From Paraspadella gotoi (taxonomy: Eukaryota > Animalia > Chaetognatha), in assembly GCA_051294375.1 (NCBI GenBank), contig CM119263.1, positions 6,611,645 through 6,675,644 of the forward strand: a stretch of 64,000 bases of DNA, given 5' to 3'. Numbering within the stretch: position 1 is the first letter of the stretch; every line of letters starts with the position of its first letter. The position numbers were made by a program, and so were the translations under genes. The notes below the pieces were generated by a model. It was not told where the DNA came from. It saw nothing but the letters and a program-made list of their open reading frames with translations, and ran no database searches. Of the stretch, positions 1 to 13,710 are shown in pieces.

Positions 1-3000
1 CCTTGTAAAACTAAAAACGCATGCTCTACAACTCAAACTGCTGGTAACTCACATGCTAATTGGCATTCGCTAATCAAAAAGCTTGCATAGTTAAGGGAAG
101 TTAGACATAAATATCAAAAAGTTGATACCATGTTTCCTTGGCAGTCTTTTCAAACCGGAAAGTATGTAAGTATAATTGAAATTGTAAATAACATGCAGTA
201 GTATATTGTTAATTCAAAATACAAAGTGTTTAAACAAAGAGTTTAGTGACATTTGAATTTTCGTTTCTCCCCACAAAATTCATGCGAAAGCAACAAGCAT
301 TTTTCTCGGTGAAAGATTCACATAAGACCGCGACGAAAAATTACGAAGACAATGCACCCATGCTAGCATGCCACCGTCCTCGGGTCATTGTAGAGGCAGA
401 AAAGAGGGCATGCGAGTTAGATAGTGACAATCCAATACGACGGCAACCAACTAAAGTCTAAAGATCATCCCACGAGCGATACGGAATTCCCGGTAATCCT
501 CGGCCTCGCGGAGATGTCGTCACTACCGGCCAATCGAAAACAAAAAGGGACGGAAGAGCACGCTTGTTGTATCACACGATGCGTGGAACCGGCCGTCGCA
601 GAGGCGCCTCCTTCCGCGGAAAATGATCTCCCCGATTCGTCGACAGAGGGCGTTGCGCCGGTGAAGTGACGCGCTGTTCTTCGTGACGACCTTTATCCGC
701 TCGCCGCTTGAAGACCTTCTGAAAAACACTCGGCCTCGCAACTTCCCGTCCGCCCCATGAATAACTTGGTCCCTGTCGAGACCGCGAGAGGGCGCCGTCT
801 TCGCTCAACCACAACACCAACACCTTCGTGGACGGCAGATCTGGGTCGGACGGACGGATCGGGTGTTGGGGAATGATGATGGAGGATGCAGGATGAGAGC
901 GAAAATGGAGAAGCGAGAGATAATAAAAATAAAGGAATGGAAAGTAAAAGGTGTTTATATGACATTGAAATTAAAGAATATCCTTCTTGGAAGAGTTTCC
1001 TGGGTGCTTGTTGGAGATTAGCTAAGACTATAACTAAAGACTAAATTCCAGATAACTAAAAACTTCGTTGCTACTCATGCGTTTGTATCAATAGTTTATC
1101 TAATTGTTCTAAGATGTAAGTTAGTTTCATATTATTTTTACGTGTCACAAGAGCCGACCCAGCTTGATGGACTTTTCAAATACGAACACTTTCAGTTGCC
1201 AACTCACGGCGTATCCCAAAATAGCCAATGCAAGTCAAAACGATTATGAAATCTGAACTATAAAATCAAACCTAATCGAACCCAAAGCCAATCTAAATCC
1301 GAAATGAAAATAATAAATCGAACCGAGAAAGTAAAATTTAAAAAAATACTAAATTCAAAACAAAATTTGTAAAACCAAATCGAATCACCCGATCCACCTG
1401 TTTTTCGAACGCACGAATGTTTGTGTCTTGCCCCGCTCTTCCGCACCGCGACGCCGTCCAAAGTGACGACGGCAGTTCTTCCCACTCACGGCTGCGCACC
1501 ACATTCCGCGCCCGCGTGTCCCTGGACTCAACCGACACAACTGTCCCGTGGCCGCCGACGAAGATGCGCCATCGTTCGCTCGTCAAAGACTCCGTTCGCG
1601 TCGCGCTGAAAAACACGGCGCCAGTCGAGGCCGATCAACGTTCCGGGTCGGAGTTTTAGCGTCAAAAATTGCGCGGGACGTACTGTTGTGGACTGCGAAA
1701 ACGGGAAGTCCAGGACTTTCTTTTTTTTTTTTGTTTTTTTTTTGCTTAGATTCTGCAGTGATATCGAGATGATTTTTTTATATTCTGAGTTTTTCTTTGT
1801 CTGCGAAGCGATCATCGGAACCTTTCTTTAACTTTTTTCCCGGCCTACCCCCAAAAAAAAATAGTGGAGAAAGGGGACAGAGAAAAGACTCACATAAAGA
1901 GATTGAATAAATAAAATATAATAGATAGATACGCAGATAGAAGATAAGAATAGATAGATAGATAGATAGATAGATAGATTAGATAGATAGATAGATAAGA
2001 ATAGATAGATAGATAGATAAGATAGATAGGATTATGATAGATAGATAACTAGATACATGAAACCAAGATAAAATGATCCGAGCTGGTACGTACTATTTTT
2101 ATAGAAAGCTTCTATTGAGCAGGAAAAAGAAAATCAAATTTAATTTAAATTTAAAACATTTAATACTGTATAAATTTTGTATGAAGGCTATTATAAAACT
2201 CAACCCTTGCCTTCTTTTTGAAAAACCTTTCGAACGAAACAAAATTTTGGCGCCGCAGGTTGAACCGCGACGCCGGGCCCACAATTCAGACTTTCCATCC
2301 CATGACTCCGATCGCCGCCATCGAACCGGCGTCCTTCTTTTACGAAATCATAGTCGTCGGCGGAGACGTGATTTTCCATGGAACTCGACGCGTAAAAGAC
2401 TTCCGTCGTTGAGTAGACGGAAAATGGCGGCCGGCGCGTCGAGCGTTTCGACGCCGGTCTTCGCCCAGCAAAATCTTCGCCAATCTTCCCGTCGACTGGC
2501 GAAGCCGAGGAGAAACAAAAGACGCAATTGATAATAGAGGGAGAACGATATATGGAGAGATATAAATGATTTATATTATCGGTTGTGGCAAGTTGGGACA
2601 GGAAAGTTATTCAAACTAGCTCGGTCAGCTTTTAAACAAGGCGATTATGTCTAACTCTAGCAAGCTTTTCAAACAAGAGCAACGAAAGAATAACGCTGAA
2701 AACTGGCGAGCCGAATTCTGTTTTCGCTTGACATCATCGAAGACGAACCGACGATCGGGGAATCTCTCTTCGCCCCATTATATTCGTCTACGTATCGTCG
2801 ACGCGACATCCCAACGCCGACGAGGGAATTCGTCGCGAAAATGAGTGGGCGATCAAAATCGTCGCGATCAAAGTCATGCCGATTAGAAGAGAAATGTCGA
2901 ATCGGTGCGATTAAAAGACGGCGATAATCGCGGCGACAGTGATTTACAGCAACTACAGCAATTAACAGCGAGGGCTAAGATTTAACGGCGCTAGGTTTCT

Positions 3001-6000
3001 GGATGAAACGATAATTCTAAAAACTTGCCGAAAAAATAAAAAAAGTGAAAGTGAGTAAGATTTCGAAACGCAAACGAATCGGAAAGAGTTAATCCTGAAA
3101 ATTTTTTTAAAACAATAGGCGAAATTTTATTTTTAAAAATGACAAACGTTTCATACAACTTGATTAACTTTATGTTCTGACCTATCCTTCTAATCCGCTT
3201 TTTCTGACACCCGAGCACCTCCCACTTCGAGTTCAGCATAATGCCTTTGCACAGCGCGCGCAGCCGCACTTCCCAACATCTCCCACCTGCTGCTACGACG
3301 AACTTCCGCCCTTCCCTCAAAGCCTCTCGTGCGGCCCGCGCCGCCCGCTCTCGTGCGGGTACGAGCTCGTTTGGTCGGAGGAGCAGAACCCGAAGGCGCC
3401 CCAGAGCGACCCGTCCGCGCCGCGGAGAAGTCCCGTTGGCCAGGACTTCGAAATGCGGCTGTCTGCGGCGCTCGGTCAGTGGCGCCCTCGACGCGAACCG
3501 TGACGTACCACTGTCCGGCGCTTCCTGGGATCTGCGGTTTGAGGTCTGACGAAGTGGGTGCGAGGAAAAGAGAAACGGAATGAAGTGATGAAGATGTGGC
3601 GGAGCAAATGATGGAGAGGAATGATCAAATGAGGCGATGGATCCAGGGGATGAAGGTCGAAGGATGATGGGGAGTAAAGTGTTAAAATTAAAAAATCCCT
3701 AATTAATTTACAAGTTTAAATATTTGAATTTCATCCCGTGGGGATAAATATTGTAAGATATTTTCTTTCCCTGGAAATCTTTGATTTTAGCGAATGTACT
3801 TTTTCGCTGCTAAAAGAATTTCATTGAAACAAAATAATTAATTTATTTTATTCATCCGTGTTTTTTTTTTTGTTTTTTTAAATAGCTCGGATGCGGCCGA
3901 CTCTCAGGTAAAGTTTAGATTGATAAATGGGCCCCGATTGATAAGTCTAACGAAAAGAAGAAAATATTTTAGTCAATTTTAAATCGGCTGATGTCATTTA
4001 ACAGTTTTATGAAGTGAAGTCTAATTGTCAAAAATATAAATGTCTGACAGCGTCGCCGATTTCGTCGCCCAACGAGGACTAAGTTGGAGGGCATTCTTCT
4101 ACTCAAAAGGTCGAAAGAAAACAAACAATAAACAAAGACTGAATCTCACTGATCCTTAGTTGATTTTCAACAGAATGATGGCGGAGGGCTGGAACCCGGG
4201 CCGCTCCTTTACCGCGCTTCCTTCCGACTGCCGTTCTCTGCACTTCGAAGCACGCCCAGCTCCCGTTCTTCCCCGAAAGGTTAAGTTCCTCCTCCGGCGC
4301 GTCCTCCCAGGTGTCGTCCCACATCGGCGTCTTGCCATCTTCGGTCTTCGCGGCTTGGCACAAACCATCAACGCCGCTTCGAACGCCAACAACGCCCGCC
4401 GCGCCCAAGGAGGGGAATGGAAAGAGCAAGCGCCACGGTCAAAAAGCGGGCGGCGCTGCGAACCGAAATGTCCGCAGCCCGCCGAAAATGGCGGCTCCTT
4501 GAAAGCCAAGACGTTCAAAACTAAAAGTGAAATCGAAAACAAAAGAGCCTCGGAAAAAAAAAATAAAATCGACTGATTATAAAAAAAAAAAGAGAAAAAC
4601 ACAATAAATAAACAATAAACAATAAACAATCGCGCTCATTAATTTTTTTTAAACAATCAAGGAGTGATTAATGAATGACTTTTTTTTATCGAATCCCCTA
4701 TCCCATTGGGTATTGCAAGCGACGCAAAGAGATTAAAGGACTCCTTAACCGGCGCCCTTCCGGCCGCCGGTTTTGGCTGCCGGTTTTAGCCGCCGGTTTT
4801 TTGGGGTCAACTTGTGGACAGCGGGGGCGGCCTTGGGGACAACCTTGCCTTGGGATCGGGCTTTTAGCCGGCGGGACTTGGTTCGGAGCCTTGGGCCTCG
4901 GCTTTGAGGAGAGGGCTTTTAGATCGGCCGCCGATTCGGCCTTGGCCTCGACGACGGGAATCGCATTGCGGGCCGAGAACTTCGGCCTCGGCTTCGGGCT
5001 TGACCGAATATAAGCTCGGGTCAACGAAATTTTTTGGGGAAAATGAAAATATCTTTGTGAAAAAACCTTTCAAGTATATTATTATCATTTATTGTTATTG
5101 CATTATGAAGTATTTTGTCTTAGCAAAAAGAAATATTCCGATTCCCAAACCCTGACAACTCACGGGCCGGAGGTTCGGGCGGCACCTCGAAGGTGTTTCT
5201 CGCTGACTTTTTGACTTCCTGTCCCACTCGAGACTTTTGAAAGTCTTCCTCCTTGAGGTCCGTCGTCGTGGTCGACCACCAGCCGAACTTCGTACTGGAG
5301 AACGGAGACCGGAGAAGGTGAGACCAGAAATTGGAAAGAATGATTTTTAAAAGAGGAAATCGGTTGGATTAAAGTTAAAATTAAATTTGCATATAAGTGG
5401 CATATTTAATTTGACGACAATTGATTAAATTCTTTCCATTACGATCATATTTTTTTTCAGAATTTGCAAAACAAAACGATTTTCTCTTCGTCCCTAAATC
5501 GGTAATATTGTTTTAAGAATAATATAGTAATAAAAATTATTATTACAAATTGATAGACTTTTAATCCTTAAACCGTTCGAAGGAGAAATCCTCTAAACAT
5601 GCAAGGACGAGTGATTCCGCTTCAAGTTTAAAAACAATTTTAAACAATTTAAAAACAGGATACCAAGATGTTATAAGGCAAAAGAAACTACGCGCCTGGA
5701 CGATCTGACGAAAGAAAAAAGAAAACAATTAGTGAAGACTTACAACAAACAAAAGATGCTTCGCGGAGAAGAAGTAGAATGAATTTTTGGTGTCCAGTTT
5801 TTTTTTTGCCAATAATCCAGAGGAAGAAAACAAAACCAACAGCAAAAAAAAAACGAAGAAGTTTTTTTTCTCATTCCTTTTGTTTTAGAAAACTAAGACA
5901 GAGACAGAGAGGCAGAGAACGAGAGAAAAAGATACAGAGACATAGATAGAGAAGGGCGAGGGCCCTTCCACGTGATGAGACATTTTCCAATTTTCCAATC

Positions 6001-9000
6001 CGTTCCGTTTTTTCTTTCGGGAAAAGAACGATGTCTTGTACCATTTAACTCGGGGCTTCTATTTGGAAAGAAGGACAAAAGGAAAGAAAAAAGAGAGTAA
6101 GGAACGGGGGAGGAAGAAGGAAGAATGTAAGTGAAGGAAGGAAGGAAGGAAAGGAAGGAAGGGAAGGAAGGAAGGAAGGAGGAGGAAGAAGGAAAGGTAA
6201 GGTAGGAGAAATGAATATAGGTAAGAAAGAAATTTGTTAAGGAAAAAAAAAGAATGAATGGAAGAAAATAAAAAGAAGTAAAGCAAGGCCCGTCGATTGG
6301 GTTCAATTTCAGCCCTTCACCTGGTTTTCTGGGCCGATCATTCGAGCAGATCTCTTTTTCTTGCCGGAACGGGACCACGATTCATTCCACATGGAATTGG
6401 TCTTGGTGTGTTCGGAGGAAAAGATGCAAATAATATATTGAAAGAGAAAAGAAAAAGAAAGAAAGAAAAGAAATGAAGAAGAAAGAAAAGAAAAGAAAAG
6501 AAAAGGAAAAAGAAAGAAAGAAAAGGAAAGAAAGGAAAAGGGAAAGGAAGGAAGGAAAAGGAAAGGAAAGGAAAGGAAAGGAACGGGAACGGAACGAAAC
6601 CATGAACGCGATATTTTGATTAATCCAATGCACGTCCAAACGGTTTAGAAAAGGCGGAAACAAGATGAAAATATAGAAAAAAATAAAAAAGGAAAAGAAA
6701 GCCAGGGGTATTTAGCCATTGGACAAAAAAACAATATTTTGGGTAAGTTTCGGCAGCAGGCGGGTCGGAGAATAAAGGAGCGAATATGCGGCGTTGACGT
6801 AACGGGCCGTCGAATCGTTCAAAAATTGCATTCGTGGGATCGAAGAAAGATGGGATTTTTGGAGTAAAGTCGGGAACATCGATATTTGATTGAGTTTTAT
6901 CGTTTTATTTCTAATCAAATGCCGAGTGTTTTTCTTGGTTTTGCTATTTGCTTATTTGACCTTTTGCTTTCACATGGTTTAGGGTTTTATAATTATTAGT
7001 TTCTATTGTACTTTAATTCTAAAACCTAACTACGGATGTGCGAAGCCTAACTTCGAGTAGTTGACAAAGTAACGGAAAAGGAGCACAGTTGCATCGCTCG
7101 ATTTATCTGGTACAGATACGACATAAATTTATACAGATAATAAAAAATATAGCAAATAGTTTTAATTTGTCATGCATCTCGGCAATTTGATAGGAGATAC
7201 GATAAAATAAAAAAAAATCAACGCCTTATTTTATTTTTCAATTTTTTTTTTCCGTGTTTTGATTCGTTTCCTTTTTTTTAATCAACCCAAAGTAAATCGA
7301 AGGCGGCTTGCCTCCTAACTGTGCACCTCTCTCTATACATTTGCCTTTGCACCTGTCGCGTCACAACCAAGCGTCAATCTTCTTTCGCCGCCAAACACAA
7401 CGCCAAAGCGGAGAACTAGCACCACTACCCGATGAAATCTTTGGCGAAGAGGGCGGGAAATCCTCGGCCGTCCGCCGAGCGCCGACTCAGTCCTGGAGAA
7501 ACAAAAGACAGTTTTTATTTGGCATAGTTTATTTTGTGGGGGGCTTTAACGAGAGCAATTAGCCGCGGAGGAAGGAAAGAAAAAAATATTAAAAAACCGT
7601 ATTTCCGACACTCCCTCTTTCCTCTAATGAATACTCGGTTCTAGATGTGAGCTACATAAAAAAATTGTAAAATTCTCTATACGCTTTTCGCTTTATCTTT
7701 TATTTATTTTTTTTAAATCATTAAATTCACCTCAGGTGGGGCGCACGACTGGTTCGACATCCTCGTCGAAATAGTCGTCGAACGTAACGTCATAGTAGGA
7801 GTCAACGTTATAGCCGATGGTACCGTGCCGCGGCGCCGGCGGCCGAGTTCGGTAAACTAAGAACAAATAAAGAAAGTTCGGCGATCGAACGAACGGAAAA
7901 GGGCTCTTGAAATAACTTTCATAAAATTACGTACAGTGCTAGAAAACTATCGAATGAAATGTGAGAGTAAAATAATAGTCATAATAACAATTAAAAATTC
8001 AATAAATATTTATCAAATTTCCGATATCTAGGAAAGAGTAAAGCCCGATGAAGGCCTCCTTGCCGGAACATTCCCTCTTGTGTCGTCTCGGTCTGCAAGA
8101 AATTAAAAAATATATGAATTTTTTAAAAAATAAAACAAAGAAAAAATATAAAAAAAATATAAAACGTTTCCAAAAAACGACCGTAAAAGTCATTTCCCGG
8201 AGAATAACCTTCGAAAAAAAAAAGGAGTAACGCTTGAGATTTATCACTTTGGACCCAAAAAGTCGTTATGACAACAGAACAACAAGAACTCCAACTTACA
8301 AACAAAAGGTTCGTTTAGAGTAAAGAATTCAGCAATATAAGTTAAATCACATTAGTCATTGCTTACCTTGAGTTTCATTCCTCCCCAGGCCCACCGCGAG
8401 CTACCTTCCACCGTCAGAATCTCCGAAGTCTCCCATCACCGTACGAATTTTTTCGTCCATCACATCCTGATGTCAAAAACATAATGATAGAAACTATCAT
8501 CAAACACGAAATAGAATGCGGTGGATTGGAGTAAGTTAAGAGAGTTCTTTTTTTTTCAGTCGTCGTAGTAAATTGTCTTGAAAAAATGTACCGTAGAGAA
8601 AAGGAAAATTTTTAAAGCAGTGCGTACTAATTCAGCCTTTAACTAATGCGGAATCACGTCTAGGGCGTGGCATCACGTGCATGCGACTGACGTGCAACTT
8701 GCGTGCAATCGATGGCATTCTAACCTTAAAATTCTGTAATAATCTCTGCAGTCGCAGGTAGCTGGATCCCCTGGTCTAGGTAATTCGGATGAAAGCTAAA
8801 ACCCGCCCAGAAGAAAAAAATTATTTTTTTAAAAGTTTAAAAGCCGGCGGTTAATAAGTTTTTTAAGATAATTGTCGATCGTAAAAACCTAATCGCGTGG
8901 AAAAAACTTAATATAGATTTATTAGCAGTTTGGGGTCATATGAAACAAAAAAGTCTTAAGAAATTAAATATTAAAAGAATGTGGGTATGATAGTGGTGGA

Positions 9001-10847
9001 TATCGTATAATAACTCGAAAAGACGAATAAATGAACTGACCTCAAAGTTTTCCGGTAAAGTGCCATTGAGGTTGGGACTTAGCGAAAGGATCCCTCGCCC
9101 CCGTCATTGCCGGACCGGCCTGCCAACCGCCAAACGCTGCCCCAATGTCCAACTTGCCGCTCCCGCGCCCTCCTCGTCCTTTCCACATGGACGCGGTATT
9201 TCCTGGCAATATTGTAAATTGAAAGATAGAATATATATAATAATTAATATTAAATTATGGATAAGTATACGCTTTACGGTTTGTTTTAGAAACCATGTCA
9301 CAATTTCGACTTTCTTCGAAAATTTGGCCATATTTTAAATTTAGCAAGACCTTTCGAATGAAAACGAAATTCCGCTTCGGTTTTAAACCGACAAGACTTG
9401 CTTAGGCTGTGTTCGTCGCTCTATCCTATGGATCTGTTCGCGAACTTTTTTTATGTTCTCAATTAATTTATACATAGATGCTCTGAAACATGTACGAGTG
9501 TTTTTCTATCTTTATATTTTCCAAACGTTTACATCAACTAGTTGGAAGGACTTACTATCTTGAGTCTTCGACAAGAACTTCTTGAGAGTTGATGTTGTCC
9601 TGATTTGCTTCATCTTCACTCAGCGCATCTTTTGGTCCGATCTTTTCACAGAATGTCCTGCCTCCTGAATCGCGGCGCTTCGAGACTGTCCGAGAAAACA
9701 AAAGACATCGCTATCGAAACGAAGTTAAGAAGCCGTTTTATCAATTCACATACAAATTACCAAGATACAAAAAAAACACTTCTCCTCTTTCTTTCTTTTC
9801 ATTTTATACATAACTTAACAATTAACTTTCTTTTATCTAGATCAAGATTATGTAATCAATGCAAAGACGATTGCAGCGAACCTCGTAGTCGTGCCTTCAT
9901 CTTAGATGGATTCTCTTTTTCTTGGATTTCCAGTAGGAGCCTGAGTCCAGAGTCTTTGTTTCAGTTGGAAGTGCGACTCGAAGATAAGGGAAAGAAGTTT
10001 CCTGACAAACGTTTGATCATTATTTACAATACGTATTATCAATTTAACCATCGATTTTTATTTCAGCCGTGCATACATTCTTTCCATGAAAGAAAAATAA
10101 AAACGCTACACGGACTATTGATTTATTTGCCCTCACCTGTAAACGTGAACCATGTCTCGGGAACAATAGTCGGAATAGTAAGGGTAGTAAGGGACAAGCT
10201 GCTTGTATAGAAAGGCAGAAAGATCCGCGGGGATTCGGTTGAGGAAGGCGCTTCCTTTGGCTGAAGAGAGGATCGAGAAGGAAAACCGAAATTGGGTGAG
10301 GAAAAGTCAGGGATTGAAGGAGAGGGCGTGAGTACAAATATCTCCCATTTCACTGCATGCAGTCACACGAATTTTGTTCACAGTTTTAGTCAGGAAATTT
10401 AATTAGCTCCAACCAAACAGTATTCCTTCTCGTCTTCCCGATCCCGATTCCGCGGTCACGCCTGTCACGTTTGGCCACGTCAAACTTCCAACTTGTCAGC
10501 CAATTCAACTATACCGTCTCTCATCGTTCACACCTGGTTTTTGGGCTGGGTTCGGCCGAGGCGTGAGCGGATGTGGGAGAACGGGAGCGGATTGCGACGC
10601 GCCGACGCCAATCGTTGAGTCGCCGTGAGTCGCGTGATTTAGAAAAAACAAAAAGGTAAACAAAGACAAAATTTTTATTAATGAAAAAAAAGGCCACAAT
10701 TCGGTCCGGACTTCTTTCTCGCCGTGAGTCGGTGTTGCTGACTGAATTCACATTCAAAACTCGCGACTACGAGCCCGCCGCGACTCTTCTCTCTCTCTCT
10801 CTCATCTCTCTCTCTCCTCTCTCATCTCTCTCTAGTCTCCTCTCTCT

Positions 10848-10887
<40 letters not shown>

Positions 10888-11560
10888 TTCTTCTGCTCTC
10901 TCACTCTCCTCTGCTCTTCTCTCCTCTCTCTTTCGATCCTAGTGATCTTCAAGCAAAATTATTGGCGTTAACATCGATACCGTTGTAAAACCTTGTTTAA
11001 AGCAAAGGAGAAACGAAACGGCCATGTTAACTAAAATCGTCGTCATGACAACAGTTTTTTTTTTTTTAAAAATTTCACGTTCACACGACGATAACGGTGT
11101 CATTAAAGTCGTCGTTCGTCTCGTCTTCATCATCGTCCGAATAAGTTGCCGTGTCGTCGGTACCCGTCCTTTTTCGCGGTCCGTCTGATCGTGGTCAACA
11201 GGGGGTCGAAATCGAAATTGAGGGTAAGTTCGCGCGGAATTTTGGAGAGGGGGCGCGGTGGGGGGAATTCATGGGGTCGCGAGAAGCGGAGAAAAATTTT
11301 TTAAAAAAAATAAAGAAACACTTTATAAACCAATAATAGCGACGGTTCAGTTTCCACTTTATTACGAGAACTCTTTTCTTTTCAATCGAACTTCCGTCAT
11401 AATGTCCAACGGTCAGCGTCAGCCCTATTTTAAAAACTCTGTGCAAAGTGCAAATCTATTGTAAAATATGCGTTTTCGAGTTGCCGTGATTTTGTTTTGT
11501 TAAAAATGAATTTCGGTCTTTTCATACTGGATGAAAATATAGCCGGTAAACGATATCTCA
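1..11560 (-). pseudogene. Frameshifted duplicate copy of most of gene B locus (copy of ~15745-26653); pseudogene or error-rich haplotype/gap-fill sequence
   Basis: Colinear match throughout: pos 1 'aaaactaaaaacgcatgctctacaactcaaact' vs 15750 'aaactaaaaaccatgctctaaaactcaaact'; end 'atagccggtaaacgatatctca' at ~11560 vs ~26653. Exons are broken by many 1-nt insertions; this copy is ~650 nt longer. Confidence 0.85.
1920..2055. repeat. (GATA)n microsatellite (shorter counterpart at ~17535-17600)
   Basis: Visible tandem atagatag runs. Confidence 0.9.
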
Positions 11561-11564
11561 ACAG

Positions 11565-11712
11565 AGTAAGTTAAAAGCGATCAAGTCCATTGATGCCGAC
11601 GCTCTGCTTCGCGACAAGGTCCTCTTTGGCCGCCGCCGATGCGCGGCCGAGATATTCGCCGACGTGACCGAGGCTTTGCCGACGGCGGCCGGTGGCTCCG
11701 CCGAGGAAACGG
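11565..11712 (+). other. Possible coding exon fragment abutting a gap
   Basis: After 'tctcaacag' an open GC-rich frame reads SKLKAIKSIDADALLRDKVLFGRRRCAAEIFADVTEALPTAAGGSAEET until the Ns; no family recognised. Confidence 0.3.
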
Positions 11713-12019
11713 NNNNNNNNNNNNNNNNNNNNNNNNNNNNNNNNNNNNNNNNNNNNNNNNNNNNNNNNNNNNNNNNNNNNNNNNNNNNNNNNNNNNNNNN
11801 NNNNNNNNNNNNNNNNNNNNNNNNNNNNNNNNNNNNNNNNNNNNNNNNNNNNNNNNNNNNNNNNNNNNNNNNNNNNNNNNNNNNNNNNNNNNNNNNNNNN
11901 NNNNNNNNNNNNNNNNNNNNNNNNNNNNNNNNNNNNNNNNNNNNNNNNNNNNNNNNNNNNNNNNNNNNNNNNNNNNNNNNNNNNNNNNNNNNNNNNNNNN
12001 NNNNNNNNNNNNNNNNNNN
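11713..12019. other. Assembly gap (N run)
   Basis: Run of Ns. Confidence 1.
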
Positions 12020-12763
12020 TCTTGAAAATTATCATATTAGTAAATACTAATCTGTAGTTTTTTTTGTTTTTTTTTACAAATATAGTAGCCCAGTCAGCTT
12101 ATTTTATATAATGTCAAAATTTCAAAATATTTTTTTTTATTCTGAGAACAGATTCGGATTCCTCATTAAAAGTTGATAAAAAAAATGTAAATCTTTTTCA
12201 AAAATTATGTCATTAAGTTGGTTACAATTACAAAAAAATATATTTTTAAGCAGGAAATTGAAAATCGGCGTCTTAAATATAGTTTTTTACATTTTTGACT
12301 AACTTAATGAACGAAGTTTAAAAAAAGAATTGTACTTTCTTATATCAACTTTTTGCAAGGAATCCAAATTTTCATTTTGAAATTTTAACCTATTATATAC
12401 TTATTACTATATATAAATATAGCTCACTGGTGCCCACTAATGTATAAAATTAAAATATAAATTTACCAAATTATTTTTATTGGTTTTCATGTTCATGTTT
12501 TATATGCTAAATTTTAATTTTCTAAAATTTTATCATTTTCACATCACTCAACTGTACAGGGTGAACGGGAAGGAGAGAAGTATTAGAGAAAAAGAAGAAA
12601 AAGAGGGATATGAAAGAGAGTTAAAAAAAGGATAAGCGTATGGAAAGAGACGAAGAGGGAGTGTGAGAGTGAGTGAGTGATTGAGTGTGTGAGCGATTGA
12701 ATGAGATACAGAAAGGTGAGAGAGTGAGAGAAAAGGAAATAAAGTGAGTGAGAGTGTGTGTGT

Positions 12764-12978
12764 NNNNNNNNNNNNNNNNNNNNNNNNNNNNNNNNNNNNN
12801 NNNNNNNNNNNNNNNNNNNNNNNNNNNNNNNNNNNNNNNNNNNNNNNNNNNNNNNNNNNNNNNNNNNNNNNNNNNNNNNNNNNNNNNNNNNNNNNNNNNN
12901 NNNNNNNNNNNNNNNNNNNNNNNNNNNNNNNNNNNNNNNNNNNNNNNNNNNNNNNNNNNNNNNNNNNNNNNNNNNNNN
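12764..12978. other. Assembly gap (N run)
   Basis: Run of Ns. Confidence 1.
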
Positions 12979-13478
12979 GGGTTTTATGCACAAAAAAAAA
13001 TCAGATTCGACGCAAAGATTCTAACGTCGAATGATATGCGGCAGCAGTCGCCGTAGTAGGCAGCGGAGCAGCTGTCGTCGAGAAGGCAGCGCAAAAACGA
13101 TAGTCACGACTCACGACAATGGTAACAACTATGAGCTATTTACAATTAATTAAATTGTTATAAAAAAAATTAAAGTTTGAATTTATACTATATTATAGGG
13201 AGGTTTCTAATCGAGTAATTTACGATTAAAATTGAAACAGAAATATAATTATTAACTTAAAAAATGGCAGAACTAATGGACTAAAAAAATTGGGAAAATG
13301 GCTAAAAATAAACAAAAATAAAAAAAGAATTCAAACAAGGATAAAAAAAAGTTGATAACAAGATTTATGGAAATTCTTCCCGACGACGACGACGACAAAG
13401 GAGACGACGACGACGACGACAAAGGAAACGACGCCTACGATACACAAGGGAATAAAATTCCCTCGCCCCAAATGTCAC

Positions 13479-13479
<1 letters not shown>

Positions 13480-13509
<30 letters not shown>

Positions 13510-13530
13510 GTTTTTCTTTCTTTTTTTCTG

Positions 13531-13564
<34 letters not shown>

Positions 13565-13627
13565 TCTCTCTCCATATGACTATAAACGGAAATTCCTCTC
13601 CCCCTCAATAGAAAAAGAAATGACCTA

Positions 13628-13702
<75 letters not shown>
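13480..13702. repeat. (TTTC)n and (CT)n microsatellites
   Basis: Visible simple repeats. Confidence 0.9.

Positions 13703-13710
<8 letters not shown>

Noticed and set aside
11571-13056. ORFs containing X runs
   Set aside because: Artefacts of translating through N gaps.
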